A stretch of 64,000 nucleotides of DNA from Camelus ferus (GCF_009834535.1 NC_045696.1:88414001-88478000); one strand, 5' to 3'. Positions 36,121 to 50,400 are shown, counted from the stretch's first letter. The notes: generated by a model from the sequence alone, not told the origin. Numbers and translations: made by a program.

Positions 36121-38034
36121 TTCTTTTTTAAGAGGACAGAAGCGAAGAGGGTGTGTGGGCCAGGAGAAGGGGAGGAGGAAGGTGTTTAGCCTGGCTGTCC
36201 TCCTAAGCATAGGCTCTATGAGGCTTCTCTGCATCCTCACCCTTCATACAAGCAAGCCTGAGTTAGAACTGTCTTTCCTTATGACTAAAGGATCCCTTAT
36301 TAATACAACCTAGCATTGTGCTTTGCTTATTAAATGTCTATTAGACTGAAGTATTAGATAACATTACATTGAATAGAATTTCCTCAAATTGAACGAGGAG
36401 TGGGCAGCCTCAGGAATACAAGACACAGGTGGACCAACGTCCCATGCGTGGTGGCTGCTGGTTGTTCCAGCTGAGTTGATCCTCCAACACGGAGGAGCGA
36501 GGGCAGAACTTCCACTGTCCCAAACTGTCTCATCAATTTTACAATAAAGAAAATCACAAGTCATTTCACCAGAGCAACATACAGGTATTACCTATGCTAT
36601 TAAAAATGAATGAGTCAATATTGTATGTTTTATTCCAGATTTTCAGTAATCTTGGGGTTAATTTGATATTGATTGATAGAATGAGCACTATTACTGGAAG
36701 CTACATATAAAATATTTACAAGTACAATCCTGGACTGAATTAGTCACAAGAGATTTGATTAAGATGTATAGAATTCTACCCTCGCTGACTTTAATAGGAG
36801 AGCCAAAGTACTCCCATTATCATTAAACCCTGCATACTGCATCAGAATTGATCTATAGGAAAATCTGACCGTTATTTAGACATTTCACTCTGAAACACCT
36901 TCCTGAATTGGAATAAATGAATTATATACTAGTCAGTGCTAAAACAAGAAATGCTATGTACATGAAATTTGGCTTGTATACAACATAGAGGCTGTGTTAC
37001 TAGAAACACATTTTAAGAACAGATTTTACACGTTGTTGTACCTGGTTTGTGTGCAGTTAAGCATACATATGTGATTAGAACTGTAACACAATGCCTGTGC
37101 AATAATGTATGCTTTTTACCACAGTAAGAAATATTTAGAGTAGCCTGATAGCTTCATAAAATAAAAGGAAAGACAGTGTTTTATATGCTCCTATTCTTTC
37201 CTCACTCAGTTTTATTTTTTATATGCAGATTTGTGTACCTAGTTATGCAGAACAGAGTGAAATGCAAGATCCAGGTCTTTGGGCCAAAGAAATGGAAAAT
37301 GTTAACTGTTTCCTCCACTTGGTTTCACCTCTGGTGGGGAAAAGGAGTCAGCCAGGAAATTCGATGCTAGTACGGAAAGAAGGAGATGCTATTGGGTAAG
37401 AAATTGAGCAATGCTACTCACACTGAAAGTATATCTATATAATCTCTTTATGGAATTCATTTATGTAAAGCAACTGGGGTAGACTGTGTGTGCTTTAAAA
37501 TGAAAAAGAAAAAAGAAATGACAAGGCTTCAGCATTCTTCAGTCATTTCAAACCCTTTCTGTAAGCTTGTTAGTCTGCAAGTTTATAGTACAGACCTGGC
37601 CAGTTTTACACGAGCAAAGCAGAGCAGGTATTCAGTCTGCTGATTCGCAAAGTGCCGAGTCCAAGAATTAGTGGAACAATTCATGGTGGTACGAACTAGG
37701 AATAGGCACTGCTCACATTTACCAGCAAGCTCTCCCTGGCCCATTTGATCTGACCTGTCAAAACTGGTCAGATGGACAAATTCTGCTTTGCTGAAGCACA
37801 TAACATTTCACTTTTAGAGCTTATTAGGTGCTTTAAACCAATATTTCAACTTGATTTATTACAAACTAAGATGTAGTTCAGTGAAAGGATCTGTACAAGA
37901 AGTAATTAAAATTATTCTGTTCTTTTTATGTACGTTTCATGATGGATATATTTTTGACTTTTGACTTTCCCTCTTCTTTAAGGAATGTAATACAGTATTA
38001 AAGGATCAATTAGGTAAACTATGGGACATTAAGC

Positions 38035-38310
38035 AAAGGAATATTAATCGAATAGTACACACTCATTTAAATTACATGCATAGAGACAAATAAAAGTTTA
38101 TATATCAAATAAAAAAGAAATAAAATCCTAAATACATAATATGATTTTGACTATGTAATGAAAATCCATGCATAGAAAAAACACTGGAAAGAAACAGATA
38201 AAAATATTTATAGTGATTGTGTTTGGGTACCACTAAGAATCATATTTTTCTCCTGTTTTCAAACTTTGCAAATTCTCTTTGATGAACACACATTATTTGC
38301 TAATGGTAAA
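38035..38310 (+). mobile_element. L1ME 3' end
   Basis: atgcatagaaaaaacactggaaagaaa...atatttatagtgattgtgtttggg. Confidence 0.55.
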
Positions 38311-39989
38311 ATAAGATAACAGTGTGGTCACAAATTTGCTCATTCTATGATCTGATGTTCAGTGAAAATAGGGCATTTAAAAATTTCTCCATAACAGATC
38401 CGATCTTTTCAATAATACCCCAACACAATGGATAAGAAGAAAAAGCTAAATTTTATTCCAATCTGATAAACATAGTACAATCCAACTAATTAAACTATCT
38501 TTTTTATGTAACTCAGTCTCTATCTGAATGACCCAAGAAAATGCTGTTTTTCAGAGCTTCACACCTTCTCCCAGATTCTCTCCAAGGCATGCTGTGGGTC
38601 CACCAATGAGGTAAACTGACATGAGGTCACAGCCAGAGGTGGAAACAAGATCCCAGCAAATACAGTGTTCTCTGTATCCTCCACGTCTAAGACTGAGTGG
38701 CTGGTCTTTCCTGCTTCCTGGACTGACTCCCATAGAGGGACCACGGGCATCTTGCCGTTGTCAGCCACCCAAGTCCACAGCCGGTGTCACTGTGATCTTT
38801 TCTCAGTTCCATGAGGGTAGTGGACTCAGATCTTATTAACCTAGCCCAGCAGTTGGATCAAGCCTCCCTTGAAGCTAGTCCTACCTCCGGATTTTGCAGG
38901 TACCATGCAGAGACCATTAGCTTCCCTTTACTGTTTAACCCAGTTTAGGTTTATGTGCCTTGAAACACAAAAGACTTGTACTTGATTTCGATTCCTATGT
39001 TTTGTTCAACTTAGAATTGCTATGAGAAGTCAGCATGCTTTAAAATGTTTTGTAAATTATTATAAAAGAACAAAAAGGAAATGATTCTGCAGAAAACCAA
39101 AAAGGCATCAAATAATCATATCTTGCTTCCAAAGAATTTTTCTTCTCTTCTGTGGGCCCAAAAGAGACAGATAACTGAGCCTTCATAAAGAACCAAAAAC
39201 TGGCCCTATTCTGGTGTTAGCTGTTAAATTTCTCCAGTGATTACTCTGTTTCAAAGGTGTTGTCCAGGAGATGCTCTGTTCCAGAATCCTTGCTGGAGTG
39301 TCTGTGACTAGTGGATATAAATAAATGGCAGTGACAAGAGGGTGAAGCAGCACTTTCCAGAGCCAGAGCACCCAATGAGCGGCTGTGGTCAGAGAGCAGG
39401 TAGCTCTGATAACCGAGGAGCAGATGACTTTCTTGATCAGTCACAGTGGCTGCTGCAGTGGAGTAGAGATGGGCAGGGCAGGCAGGCCTATCCTAGTGAT
39501 GATGTTCACCATCAACAGGATGGCATCAGAGCCTAGACAGTCTTGTGATGGTGTCCCTAGATTAATTACGTGCCTGAGGGTGTCATATCGAATGAAGAGC
39601 CATCAAAAGCATTCACAAACCATATGAAAAGTTTTAAATAGCAATAGCAGAATAGCTGGCCTGGTGATTTTGCGGAAAATTAGAGCATTGGCTGCCAGTT
39701 CATCTGGTGTAAGCATGTAACCAGCATCTCTTCCCAGGATGCCTTTGGGTGGCTTCAGAGCATGGTTAGGCAAAGTTGTTTACTGGCATTTGTCTGTTGC
39801 CTGTGTTGGCTGGTCTCCGTCAACTGTCTTGAAGAACAGCTTGTGCCTGGGAAGGCACAGGTGAGGAAGATTCCATAAAGGGGATGATATATGTGTTCAG
39901 TCTCCAACAAGGTGAAGGAACTCCCCTAGTTTCAGGGAAGGAAAAAGAGAGAATGGATGTGCAAAGGAGATGTGAAATAATGGCTTCTC

Positions 39990-40640
39990 TGAAGAACTCC
40001 TAGTAGTTATGTGTGGTGATATCATGTGAACACGAGGAAGTGAGAAGATGAGAGCAAGGAAAGGAGGCAGGGGCCTCTGGGTGAAGGTCCTCATCTGACA
40101 GAGCTAGGATCTTTCATTTTATGCTATGGGGGATGAGATAGCACCAAAGGACTGTAAAAAGAGAGATGACATTGTCAGATTTGCCTTTTCTGAAGAATAC
40201 TCCAAAGCAAAATAGAGAAGGACTAGAGAAGAGAGAAACCAAAAAGGCAAGGGAAATATTCTAAAGAGGAACAGGTGAGGGCCTGAACCCAGGCAGGGCA
40301 GAGATAGTAGGAAGACAGGATGGGGAGGGCTGAGGAGGGGGTGAGCTAGAATTAGTGAGGGATTCGACGTGGAGGTAAAGGAGAGGGAGAGTCTAGGCTG
40401 AGATGTCTATTCTACAGCTGATAAATAGTGAGGGGACAAGAGAAAGGGTGCTTTGGGAGGGGGCAGAAGAGGAAGACAGTTTCATTTAGAGATCTGAGAC
40501 ATCTAGGCAAACGTGTCTAGTGACCAGCAGAATAGTCAGGTATAGAGGAAAAATGAGGATTGAGAGACACATTTTAAAGTCATAAACAAAAAGGAAGCAA
40601 CTAAAGTCATGCACAAGATCATCTTGCTTAGAGAGATGCA
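39990..40640 (-). mobile_element. L2 fragment
   Basis: Purine-rich antisense L2 text (gatgacattgtcagatttgccttt; tgagacatctaggcaaacgtgtctag). Confidence 0.65.
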
Positions 40641-40770
40641 GAGGCTATGCCTTGAAGCACAGAATTCCCTCAAGTGACACAGGAAATCAGGACTTTTACT
40701 GCAAACACACGGGTAGCACTTTCTTTATGAAACCGTCACAGACGTCCCTAGGCAGCATTCAGGCTCCCCA

Positions 40771-41116
40771 TGTGTAGCAGTTTGTGAGGACTGCCATGAC
40801 AAAGCACCACAGACTGGGTGGCCTGCACAACAGGAATTCGTTTCGCTTGGTTTCTTCTGGGAGCCTCTCTCCTTGGCTTGCAGGGGGCCGTCTTCTCAGC
40901 GGGTCTTTCTATGGTCATCTGTCTGTGCACGTCTGCACCCTAATCTCTTCTGATAAGGACACCAGTCATATTGGATTAGGGCCCATCCTAATGACCTCAT
41001 TTCAATTTAATTACCTCTTTAAAGTCCCTGTCTCCAAGTACAGTCACATTCTGAGGTACCGGGGTTAGGACTTCAACATAAATTGGGGGTGGAGGGGCAT
41101 CATTCAGCCGGTAACA
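40771..41116 (-). mobile_element. MLT1A-like MaLR LTR
   Basis: gactgccatgacaaagcaccacagactgggtggc...aaggacaccagtcatattggattagggccca...attcagccggtaaca. Confidence 0.9.
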
Positions 41117-41650
41117 GCATGGCTGGGCTAACACTGCATCCCTGCCGGATCCTCTGTGCATGCATTTATGTGGCCTTTGCCTACATGCCCTTCCCCTGAC
41201 GAGACTCAGAGCTCCATTTGGGTGATATCAATATCTCACTCATCTCTGTGTCCCTAGAGAGTGAGCCATTATCACTGGTTTCCAGAAGTTATTTGAAGCT
41301 TGAACACACTCTAAATTTGGGGGAAAACACCTCATTAACAAAACAAGTTTTTCCAAGACCAGAAACAGATGGTTCAAGGACAAATTCCAGCCCACATATG
41401 TGTTTTGCTTGGCCACATTGTTTTTGTTTTATGAAATCAAGAGCTTTTACTTTTCTTTTAAATCTAGAGTTTTCACTTCTTTTGAAAAATACAAAGATTT
41501 GGCAACTTGAGGCTTTGTTCCTGCATAGCCATATTCAGCTTGGGTTTATCAACAGATGTTGCATTTATTTCTTTTTCTAATTTCCACTGTGAATATTATA
41601 ATGAATCCTCATGTATGTATCACACAACCTCAGCAATTATTAAAGTTTTG

Positions 41651-42846
41651 CACATTCTCTGACATAAATCTTAGCAATGTTCTCCTAGGGCAGTCTAACC
41701 AGGCAATAGAAATAAGAGCAAAATTAAACAAATGGGACCTAATTAAACATAAGCTTTGCACAGCAAAGGAAACCATAAGCAAAACAAAACGACAACCTAA
41801 GGAATTTTGCAAATGATGCAACTGACAAAGGTTTAATTTCCAGAATATATAAACAGCTCATACAACTTAATAACAAAAAAAAATCAACCCAATCAAAAAA
41901 TGGGCAGAGGACCTAAACAAGCAACTCTCCAATGAAGACAGACAAATCGCCAATAGGCACATGAAAAAATGTTCAATATCACTAATTATCAGAGAACTGC
42001 AAATCAAAACTACAATGAGGTATCACCTCACACCAGTCAGAATGGCCATCATTCAAAAGTCCACAAATGACAAATGCTGGAGAGGCTGTGGAGAAAAGGG
42101 AACCCTTCTACACTGCTGGTGGGAATGCAGTTTGGTGCAGTCACTGTGGAAAACAGTATGGAGATTCCTCAAAAGACTAGGAATAGGCTTACCATATGAC
42201 CCAGGAATCCCACTCCTGGGCATATGTCCAGAAGGAACCCTACTTCAAAAAGACACTTGCACCCCAATGTTCATAGCAGCACTATTTACAATAGCTGAGA
42301 CGTGGAAACAGCCTAAATGTGCATCAACAGACGACTGGATAAAGAAGATGTGGTATATTTATACAATGGAATACTATTCAGCCATAAACCCGACAGCATA
42401 ATGCCATTTGCAGCAACATGGATGTCCCTGGAGAATGTCATTCTAAGTGAAGTAAGCCAGAAAGAGAAAGAAAAATACCATATGAGATTGCTCATATGTG
42501 GAATCTAAAAAAAAAAAAAAGGACATAAATACAAAACAGGAACAGACTCATAGACATAGAATACAAGCTTGTGGTTGCCAAGGGGGTAAGGGGTGGGAAG
42601 GGACAGACTGCGATTTCAAAATTTGTATATACTGACAGGCATATGTAGAATAGAAAAATAAGATTATACTGTATAGCACAGGGAAAAATATATAAAATAT
42701 ATGTGGTAGCTCACAGCGAAAAAAAGTGAATGAATGAATGAATGTATGTATGTTCATAAATAACTGAAAAATTGTGCTCTACACTGGAATTCAACACAAC
42801 ATTGTAAAATGACTGTAACTCAATAAAAAAAATGTTTAAAAAAATA
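41651..42846 (+). mobile_element. Relatively young 5'-truncated L1 (ORF2 C-terminus, 3' UTR, A tail)
   Basis: ORF 41961-42401 includes [15 protein letters not shown] and the CCHC knuckle [18 protein letters not shown]; frameshifted, so not functional. Confidence 0.97.
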
Positions 42847-42849
42847 GTT

Positions 42850-42932
42850 TGCTCTGTAAATAGTTGTAATTTTGGTGTGTCCATGAGAGAAGGTGAGCTC
42901 AGGGCCTTCCTACTCTGCTATCTTGGCCCCAC
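42850..42932 (-). mobile_element. L1 extreme 5' end fragment
   Basis: ggtgagctcagggccttcctactctgctatcttggcc is the reverse complement of an L1 5' start (ggccaagatagcagagtaggaagg...gagctcacc). Confidence 0.75.
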
Positions 42933-45434
42933 CTGTGGTCGTGTTAAATCTTAAATATCCAAGTTTGACAGAACACAGATCCTTGTCATGGGTTTATTAC
43001 TTGGGTGCGATAAGGTACCAGAGCCCCTACTTCTTGCCAGTGGTCTTTGCTCTGATTTCAAGGGACCCTCCCATAGAGGAATATCTTTCTTTTTTTTTTT
43101 TTACAAGAGTCAGGGAGTAAAAGAGACTAAGTCATTGAAGGAAAACTGCCATTTCTCCTGCTGTGCCACTTCCTAACATACCCAAATATCCAGATTCAGA
43201 ATATCCCGTTTCTAATGTCATGCTTCTCTCTCAACTGAAAAACATGTCAGACAGCAACAGACACAAAGCTTTCCTGTGGATTTATGGTGCCTTGATTAAA
43301 AAAACTTCTTCAACACCAATGGCCTCAAGTAGCTTGTTGTTTGGTCCTCCTGGGGTTTTACACCCTGTGAATGCACCATAGAAAGATCCATGATGGAGGA
43401 CAGATAAACTTACAAGGTAAGTAAAGCCTACTGTAAAAGAGGAGTTGGGGAAGCACAGAGACTCAAGAGTCCTCTAACTCAAACACATCTCAGGCAAATC
43501 AATTATAAGAGAAAAGCTGAGGGTCTGGACATTGATACCCTCACAACTTTCCATGCTTGAGTATCTCTTAGAATATTTTTATGTACTTCTAAATTTACTT
43601 GTACCCCAGTTTGAAAACCGCTGTAATTTAAGATGTGTTAGTAATTATTAAATTTTCCAGCTAACTGATGGGCTGCAGAATATGTAAGGATATTTTGACA
43701 GACCTGGAGGAGTAAGCATGCTCTAGGAAATCCTTGGTTTATGGCTGTATGATCCTATGACATTGCCTCTACATCAATACAGGGACATGAGTTTGCATCA
43801 CCGACTATTGGAAAGGGGTGGCGGCAGTTGTGTGTGGGAGAGTTGTACCACGCAGAGATAGGAAAGCTTCAGAAGTAAGAAATGGGTGGGTGAGCATAGA
43901 GTGGACACTTTTTGGATACAGTTTTTGGAGCTAACAATACTTTTTGTTTCTTTGGAAACTTCTATTGACACACAGCGTTGGGCACCCAGCGGTCATGTTT
44001 GTAATACATGAATTTCTCCTCCCAAGAATAGATAATTGATTTTGGGATTGATACTTAGCCTAAGCTGAACCAATCATATTTCCCAAGGAATCTGAGCTTT
44101 TGGACTAAAAGACACCCAGAACATGAATTTTAGAACAGAGTCATCTTAATGGAAGAATTCTAGAAAGAAGGTCTCCTATTCCTTGCAGCTTCCTGATTTC
44201 TGACATTCCAGAGGCTTAGGTTTTCAGTAGTTCCTTACATTTCATGCAATACTACAGCATCCTCATAGTATCATTTTTAAACTTTAATAGTACTTCACAA
44301 ATAAGTAGATCAATGAAACAGAATGGAATCCAGAGATAGATTCAAATACATACGAGAATTTTATATGAGGCTATTATATGACAACATTAATATGAGAGTA
44401 GTATAAAGGTAGTAATTCAAAAATTAGTGGAGAAAAGCACTATTCAATAGACGGAGCTGAGACAATCTCATTCTTTTTCCCCAAATAAACTTAAGATAGA
44501 TCAAATATGTCAATGAAAAAAATTCCATAAATTACGCCTGGAGGATTTTTCTAGCCTGTTTTCTTCCAAGACTTCATTCAAGGTATGACTTGAGGGGATG
44601 CCTTTCCTGGGGTGTACAGCTTTTGGAGCTGACTCCATGCTCAGTGCAGATTTGGAGCGTGGGATTATTTTGAGGATTGAATTTCATTCGCTGTTGCTTT
44701 GAAGAATTAAAAAAAAAAATTGGCTATGTAGTTACCCCAAAACTTCTGGTCTACCGTGAGAATCACAGCCAAAAACTTTATCCATCTTTTCTGTTGCTCA
44801 GTTTTTATGTCAAAGTGTTTTCCTCAGCTTTTAGAAAGGAGATGTTGTTTTAGATAACTTTTTAAAGTTTAACTTCCTATCTAAACTGTGATAACTTTAT
44901 ATCCAAACCTTATAATTCTAGAGTTCTCTTGTATTGATGTTTTCTCAAAGCATCCAATAACACGTCAGCTTACATTCTGAATTCTCCTGACTGTTCCCTC
45001 CCACCTCCACCCCACTATTAAGCTGGATGTTCTTTTTCTTTGGCCTTTGCTACCTGTGTCCTGCTAAATTTGGATTCTATCCCCAGATGTTTTTCCTCTT
45101 TGAAAAGGTTTTTTTTTTTTTTTTTTTTTTACTGGAAGGGAGTTTTACTTAGAGAATATATATGGCCCAGATCAGTCCAGCCTTTTCAGGTTCTGCTGCA
45201 TCCCCTCACACTCCTTTCACAGAAAAACATGTAATATTGATTTTAGCAAGAAAAAAAGAAAGAAAGATTAAGATACTAAAAATGTACCCCTGAGGTAGGA
45301 AAAAAAAAAACAAACCAGGAAGCAAAGTTATCTGAGGGAAATGCTTTCCTGTCTATCACAACAGCTGTCTGATAAAAATAATTAAGAAAGTAAGAAAAAT
45401 TGCCCATGTTCTCACGCACCATATTGTTTAACAA

Positions 45435-45900
45435 TTTTTCTTGTTATTTAAGTAACAGAAATCACCTCTAACTGGCTGAAACAACAAGGATAATTTATCC
45501 TAAGGAAGTAGAACTGATTCAAATGGCCTGAGAGTAGGATGCACCAGGCCAGGAAGTCTTCCTATCCCAGCTTTCAGTCTCTGGCTTCAATCTCTGCATC
45601 TGCTTTTTTCTCCTCTTCCTACACACTAGCATGGCTTACTCCCTGGTTCACATGGTGGGAACATCCATTGACACCTTCTGAGTTTCCATCTCTTTTCTAC
45701 CAAAAATCAAGTAGAATAAGCCCAGAATTTCGTAGTCTAGATTCCAAATGCCTGCAGAGGGATTCTGACTGGCCTAGCTTTGATTCAGGTGCCCTGAGTA
45801 TCACTGGGGCCAAGACAGTGGGGTCAAGTTGTTAGAACAGGAGTGTCCCCACTGTAACTAATGATGGCACAGGACTGAACATGAGGATGAGATGGGGAGG
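45435..45900 (-). mobile_element. Old MaLR LTR (MLT1K/L-like)
   Basis: aagtaacagaaatcacctctaactggct; agagggattctgactggcctagctttgattcaggtgcc. Confidence 0.55.
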
Positions 45901-46992
45901 GGCAGGGCAAGTGGAATGGAGGGTCAGTTCCTGAAAAAGAGGGAGCCGAACCAACAAAGCAGGTATGAAACCCTGCTTTCTATTTTCAACAACATTAGGC
46001 ATATGTATGTACATATGACACATGCCTATAAAGAGTCATGGCAAGAAAAACTGGTTCCAAAACTAGGAGAATGAGTAAGAACTAGGAGATCTTCCCTACT
46101 CCATTTCCAACATTATTTTCTGAAACAAAATCAAGACTGTGAGACATAAAATTGCTGCCTAGGAAGGGAGAAGCAACAAAAACATAAGACAAAAACCCTA
46201 AACTAAAAGTTGAGTTTTAAGGAAGATATGTTGGCCAAGCAATGTTGTGCTACTTTTTCAGAAGCAAATTTAGACTCTGCAGTAAAATTAAAATGGGATA
46301 GACATAAAAGCCTCTGAAATATTTTGTTTAAATGAACACAGAGAGGTTAGCTACTGAGTTGCATATAGCAAAATAGACCAAGTAAAATGCATATTTTGGA
46401 AGTAAATACTTTACAAGCTAAACTACTGGCTCCACTTGAAAAAGGTTAGCTACTTCCAATAACTTTGGTCAGTGACAGTGTAACTGGCAGCAACAGCAAG
46501 AAAGTTTGAATCCTCAAAAGATTCACTTTCAGAGAAACACAAGTTTCAGATCCCAGAATCAATTTACTGTCAGCTGCCACTGAGATTTATTATTCATTGT
46601 CTTACTACTTTATCATTTCGAGATAAATAGAACAAAAAATCCCCTTAGACTTGGAAAGCAAATAATTTGAAGATAAAAATCTCAATACTTCTGTCATATT
46701 CTTGATAAAGTCTTCTTGGGGAAGATGCATATCATCCGTATCATTCATATGTGTAAATATCTATGGTCCATAATTTTAAAAAACAGACTTGAAGCCTAAA
46801 GTACATGTATGAATTTACACTGTATAGTTATACCTGAGGTGAGCTTTCTATCTATCTATCTATCTTTCTATTTTTATAAATCCATCATCAATCAAAAAGA
46901 ATCCCTTCAGAGGATGAACTGAGTTTTTTTCATTTGTGGTAAGGAAAGTTGGTATCTGCTTCACCATTTTCATAGACAAAGAATCTTCCTAT

Positions 46993-47129
46993 AAATGTGC
47001 CACTCTGGTTGGGGATGTTGATCATGAGGGAGGCTGTACATGGGTGGGGCAAGGGGATATATGAGAAATCTATATGCCTTCCTCTCAATTTTGCTGTGAA
47101 CCTAAACCTTCTCTAAAATATGAAGTCTA
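46993..47129 (+). mobile_element. L1MC1/2-type 3' terminus
   Basis: aaatgtgccactctggttggggatgttgat...ctcaattttgctgtgaacctaaa. Confidence 0.85.
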
Positions 47130-47444
47130 GAAAAAAAAAATTATCCTGAAGCAGAGCTGGATCTTTAAAATACCATTTTGAGTCTTCTTTCTTAGCTATC
47201 CAAGCTCCAGTATCTGGTATCCCTGACTTGATGACTGAATTGTCAAGGGGAGGCAGTTGTCCAGTAGGTCCACCAGGAATAATATCCAATTTTGTATTTG
47301 CACAAGCAATGACAACCACGTCATGCCTGCTGTCTGGTTAATCACAATCATAAGGCCCTAGCAATTGCTAATGCATCTCAGGTTCAGAGAGGTTAAAATG
47401 TTAAAAATAAATAAATAAAAGTGCAGCTTAGAAGCAACATAATT

Positions 47445-47715
47445 ATTTCAGATGTCTCTCTGAAGACATCTTTCAAGAGAAAGCTGAATGTTAGAAAGAA
47501 GTGAAGTATGCAAAAATCTGGAAGGAAAGCATTTTGGGCAGAAGGCACAGCAAATGCAGAGTCCAGAGGTAGGATGAATTTGGTATGTTTAACAGAAGGA
47601 AAGAAGGCCAGCATGACTGGGGCAAATTGAGCCAACAACGAGGAAGGTAGGGGCCAGAATCCTGAGTCCAGGATTGAGGATGGTTTTAAATAGGGTGAAA
47701 TGAGATGCTGTCCAA
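47445..47715 (-). mobile_element. L2 fragment
   Basis: ggaaggaaagcattttgggcagaaggcacagcaaatgcagag...gaaggccagcatgactgggg. Confidence 0.75.
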
Positions 47716-48064
47716 GGGTGAACACCGCATAATGGATTTGTGTCTGTATGCAATTATTCTCTTATTTGTCCCACATCTAAAAATTGCTAAGGCAGCTACT
47801 CAACCAATGAGTTTTAATGAAGCTGAGTATCACCTTATTTTTTTAAGTTTGCTAAATAATTAGACTCTACAAAAGTCCCAGGGAGGCGCAAGCAGCTTTA
47901 GCATGTGAGCCCACTTACCCCTGGGTTTAGCTAGACAGATACCATTTAAAACCATCATCTGCGGCTCAGTTTCATCTCAAGCCCATGCACACACTTCTAC
48001 TGACCAGAAGTCACAATTTGACACTCCCTTGAATCTGAGGCCCAAAACAAATGGCCCTGACCTA

Positions 48065-48252
48065 CGGGGCTGCCACATGCAGCTCTGCAGACAGTTCACT
48101 GCACACCGGCATGCCAATGAGGAGACACATTAGGGCTGAAATCCAGCCCAAGTTCCACCAGCTGAGCCGTGTGTCCTGGCACTGGGTCGTGTCCATCAAA
48201 GGGGCGACTTCTTCTAATTGGCACAAAGTCATCATGTGACCTAGCTTTGGCT
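48065..48252 (+). mobile_element. MER91A-like hAT-Tip100 element
   Basis: ggggctgccacatgcagct...gggctgaaatccagccc...ttctaattggcacaaag. Confidence 0.65.
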
Positions 48253-49168
48253 CACCCCTCACCCGACCCCTCACTTTCTGGATTTTGTAAATAGTACAAT
48301 TTGTAGAACACTTCATAATTTTCAGAGGGATTCTACCTTATTCTCTTGTCACATAAGGCCATCATGTTACCCCAGTTTTTTAGAGGCATGAACAAAGGAT
48401 CAGTGAGACAAGACGGTTGGTCCAAGGTTTCCCCCTGAGGGTGGCAGAGCAGAGCTGACTGTGAATCCCAGGTGTCCAGCCTGCATCCAGAGTGTGATTA
48501 GAGTGGGAGGAACCACAGCTCTGGCTGAACTGTTGCCCCAGCTTCGAATGCTCCAGGGACTTTTCTGACCACAGAAAGCACCTCTCCATTCTTTTATTTT
48601 TCATGCCCACTTTTCTACAGGGCTAGCATTCTTCCCCTTTCTCTCCTTGTGTTTAAAACAGTACAGCTGCTAAAACCAATAGAAGTGGCAATTTTATTTC
48701 AAAAAACAATTGCCAATTTTTTTCATTTCACATAAACTTGGTATTATTTTCTCACAGTTTTTTTGTGGGAAAATGTGTTAAAGAAAGCAGAATAAAGATG
48801 ATTTAATAGACTCCTGTCATTCTCTAAACAGGTCATTCTAGCGCCTTGAATTGTTTTACAGATGCTCTTTGACTTCCAGGTGGGTCACACCACCTTTCAT
48901 TTCCAACGTGTCTGCAGTCTCTTAGAAAACCCCACACCCACATCATGCTCATCTTTCCATCCCAGGCCTCCTTTGGGTTGAGATCTCAAGAACTAAGGTT
49001 TGAATTCTCTCCAACTCATCCTAGAATCACTTCCTAGGTCAGGGTCCAAGGGAATATTCTGAACCCATCTTTTATTAGATTGTGCTCTCCCACTCTGTCA
49101 GAAACCAAGAAGCTCTCACTTTAGCTTTCTTTCCAATTCTTTGTTCATTTAGAAGTCAGAAGAATATT

Positions 49169-49196
49169 TTAGTATATGTGTTGCTGAAGTAAGCAC
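49169..49196 (-). pseudogene. Tailless 5' U6 snRNA fragment retrocopy
   Basis: Reverse complement gtgcttacttcagcaacacatatactaa matches U6 nt 1-28; perfect 19-bp TSD tagaagtcagaagaatatt (49150-49168 / 49197-49215). Confidence 0.92.
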
Positions 49197-49550
49197 TAGA
49201 AGTCAGAAGAATATTAAGGCAGTTGCTTCTAGTGAAGATAGAAACTGAAACAGGCGAATGAGAAAGTTTTCACCTGCTGACACAAAGAGAAAAATGACAG
49301 TGCACTGAACTTTGAATAAAGTTGCATTTATCCAATTTGACCATCCATTATTCTAAGGTTGTCTCTGTGCTTTTATGTTAAAATAGTTTTTAAGAAAACG
49401 AAGATGGCAACAGGTAGAAAGCTTTTTGTTTTATTTTGCTTTTTTAATAATGACCTTTGACATGGGCAAAATAAGGTCACAAAGCCACAAGAATGGAAGC
49501 TGTTTTCCTAGGGTCTGTGGTACAGGATGAGCAAATCCTCACTGTGGAAG

Positions 49551-50097
49551 TGAGACAGGATGGAAGGGGGCAGGGCACAGCCATTCAAGGAATGCCACAG
49601 CAATTAACATCAAAATGGTGAAAGATTCAACCCTCAGTAGGCCTTGAGGCTCAGGATGCTGAGAGATTATATGCCCATTGTAATATATTAACGTGGTGAA
49701 TAACACGCCCACAGGCACCGTGGCAGTCCCAAGGTTAGCCACAAAAGGTCAAAGAGTGGGAAATGGCCAAATTCCTGGGAATCCCAGCCCCTTCCCCTTA
49801 GACTGGTCCTTCTACTTATTAGCATATGAAGCCACGAAGCCCATAAAAACCAGCAACACGGTGCACCGCGGCCACCCCTCTCTCTCCCTCTTCAGATATG
49901 GCCTGTATTCTGTCTATGGAATGTGTACCTACTTTTAATCTGAGCACCCAACCCCCACACCTCGTGGCCTTTCTCTTGCCTTTCAATGTATCTCTCTGAA
50001 TAAATCTACCTTCACTCAACTGTGGCTCGCTCTTGAATTCTTTTCTGCGCGAAGCCAAGGATCCACACTTGACGGGGCACATCCCAGGGGCTCAACA
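49551..50097 (+). mobile_element. ERV1 (MER50-like) solo LTR
   Basis: TG...CA termini; tctctgaataaatctaccttcact...ctcgctcttgaattcttttctgcgcgaagccaagga. Confidence 0.75.
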
Positions 50098-50400
50098 TCT
50101 GTTTTCCTGCATCAGAAGAGACTTCCATCTTCTTCTCATGTGTGCTTCACCCCATGGCCAGGAGCTGACCCAGCAATTCTCAGTCTATCATGGAATCAAC
50201 CCACTCTGCCATGATGCCCTGAGCTGCTATTCTCAGGTTAGAACACAGAAAGAACTTAAAGCCCCATCAAGAAGGAAATGGTTAGAAATACCACAGAACT
50301 AGGGATACTATGCAGCAGTTATAAAGAATGAGGCTCATGTAAATGTATGACAGGTAAAGCTCTCCCTGACCAAGTAGTTTATGAAAGGAGTGTATTATTT

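Noticed and set aside
35740..36189. 149-aa ORF
   Set aside because: Lies across an antisense LTR and has no recognisable protein features
41961..42508. 146-aa and 63-aa ORFs as a host gene
   Set aside because: They are frameshifted pieces of the L1 ORF2 C-terminus in a 5'-truncated copy
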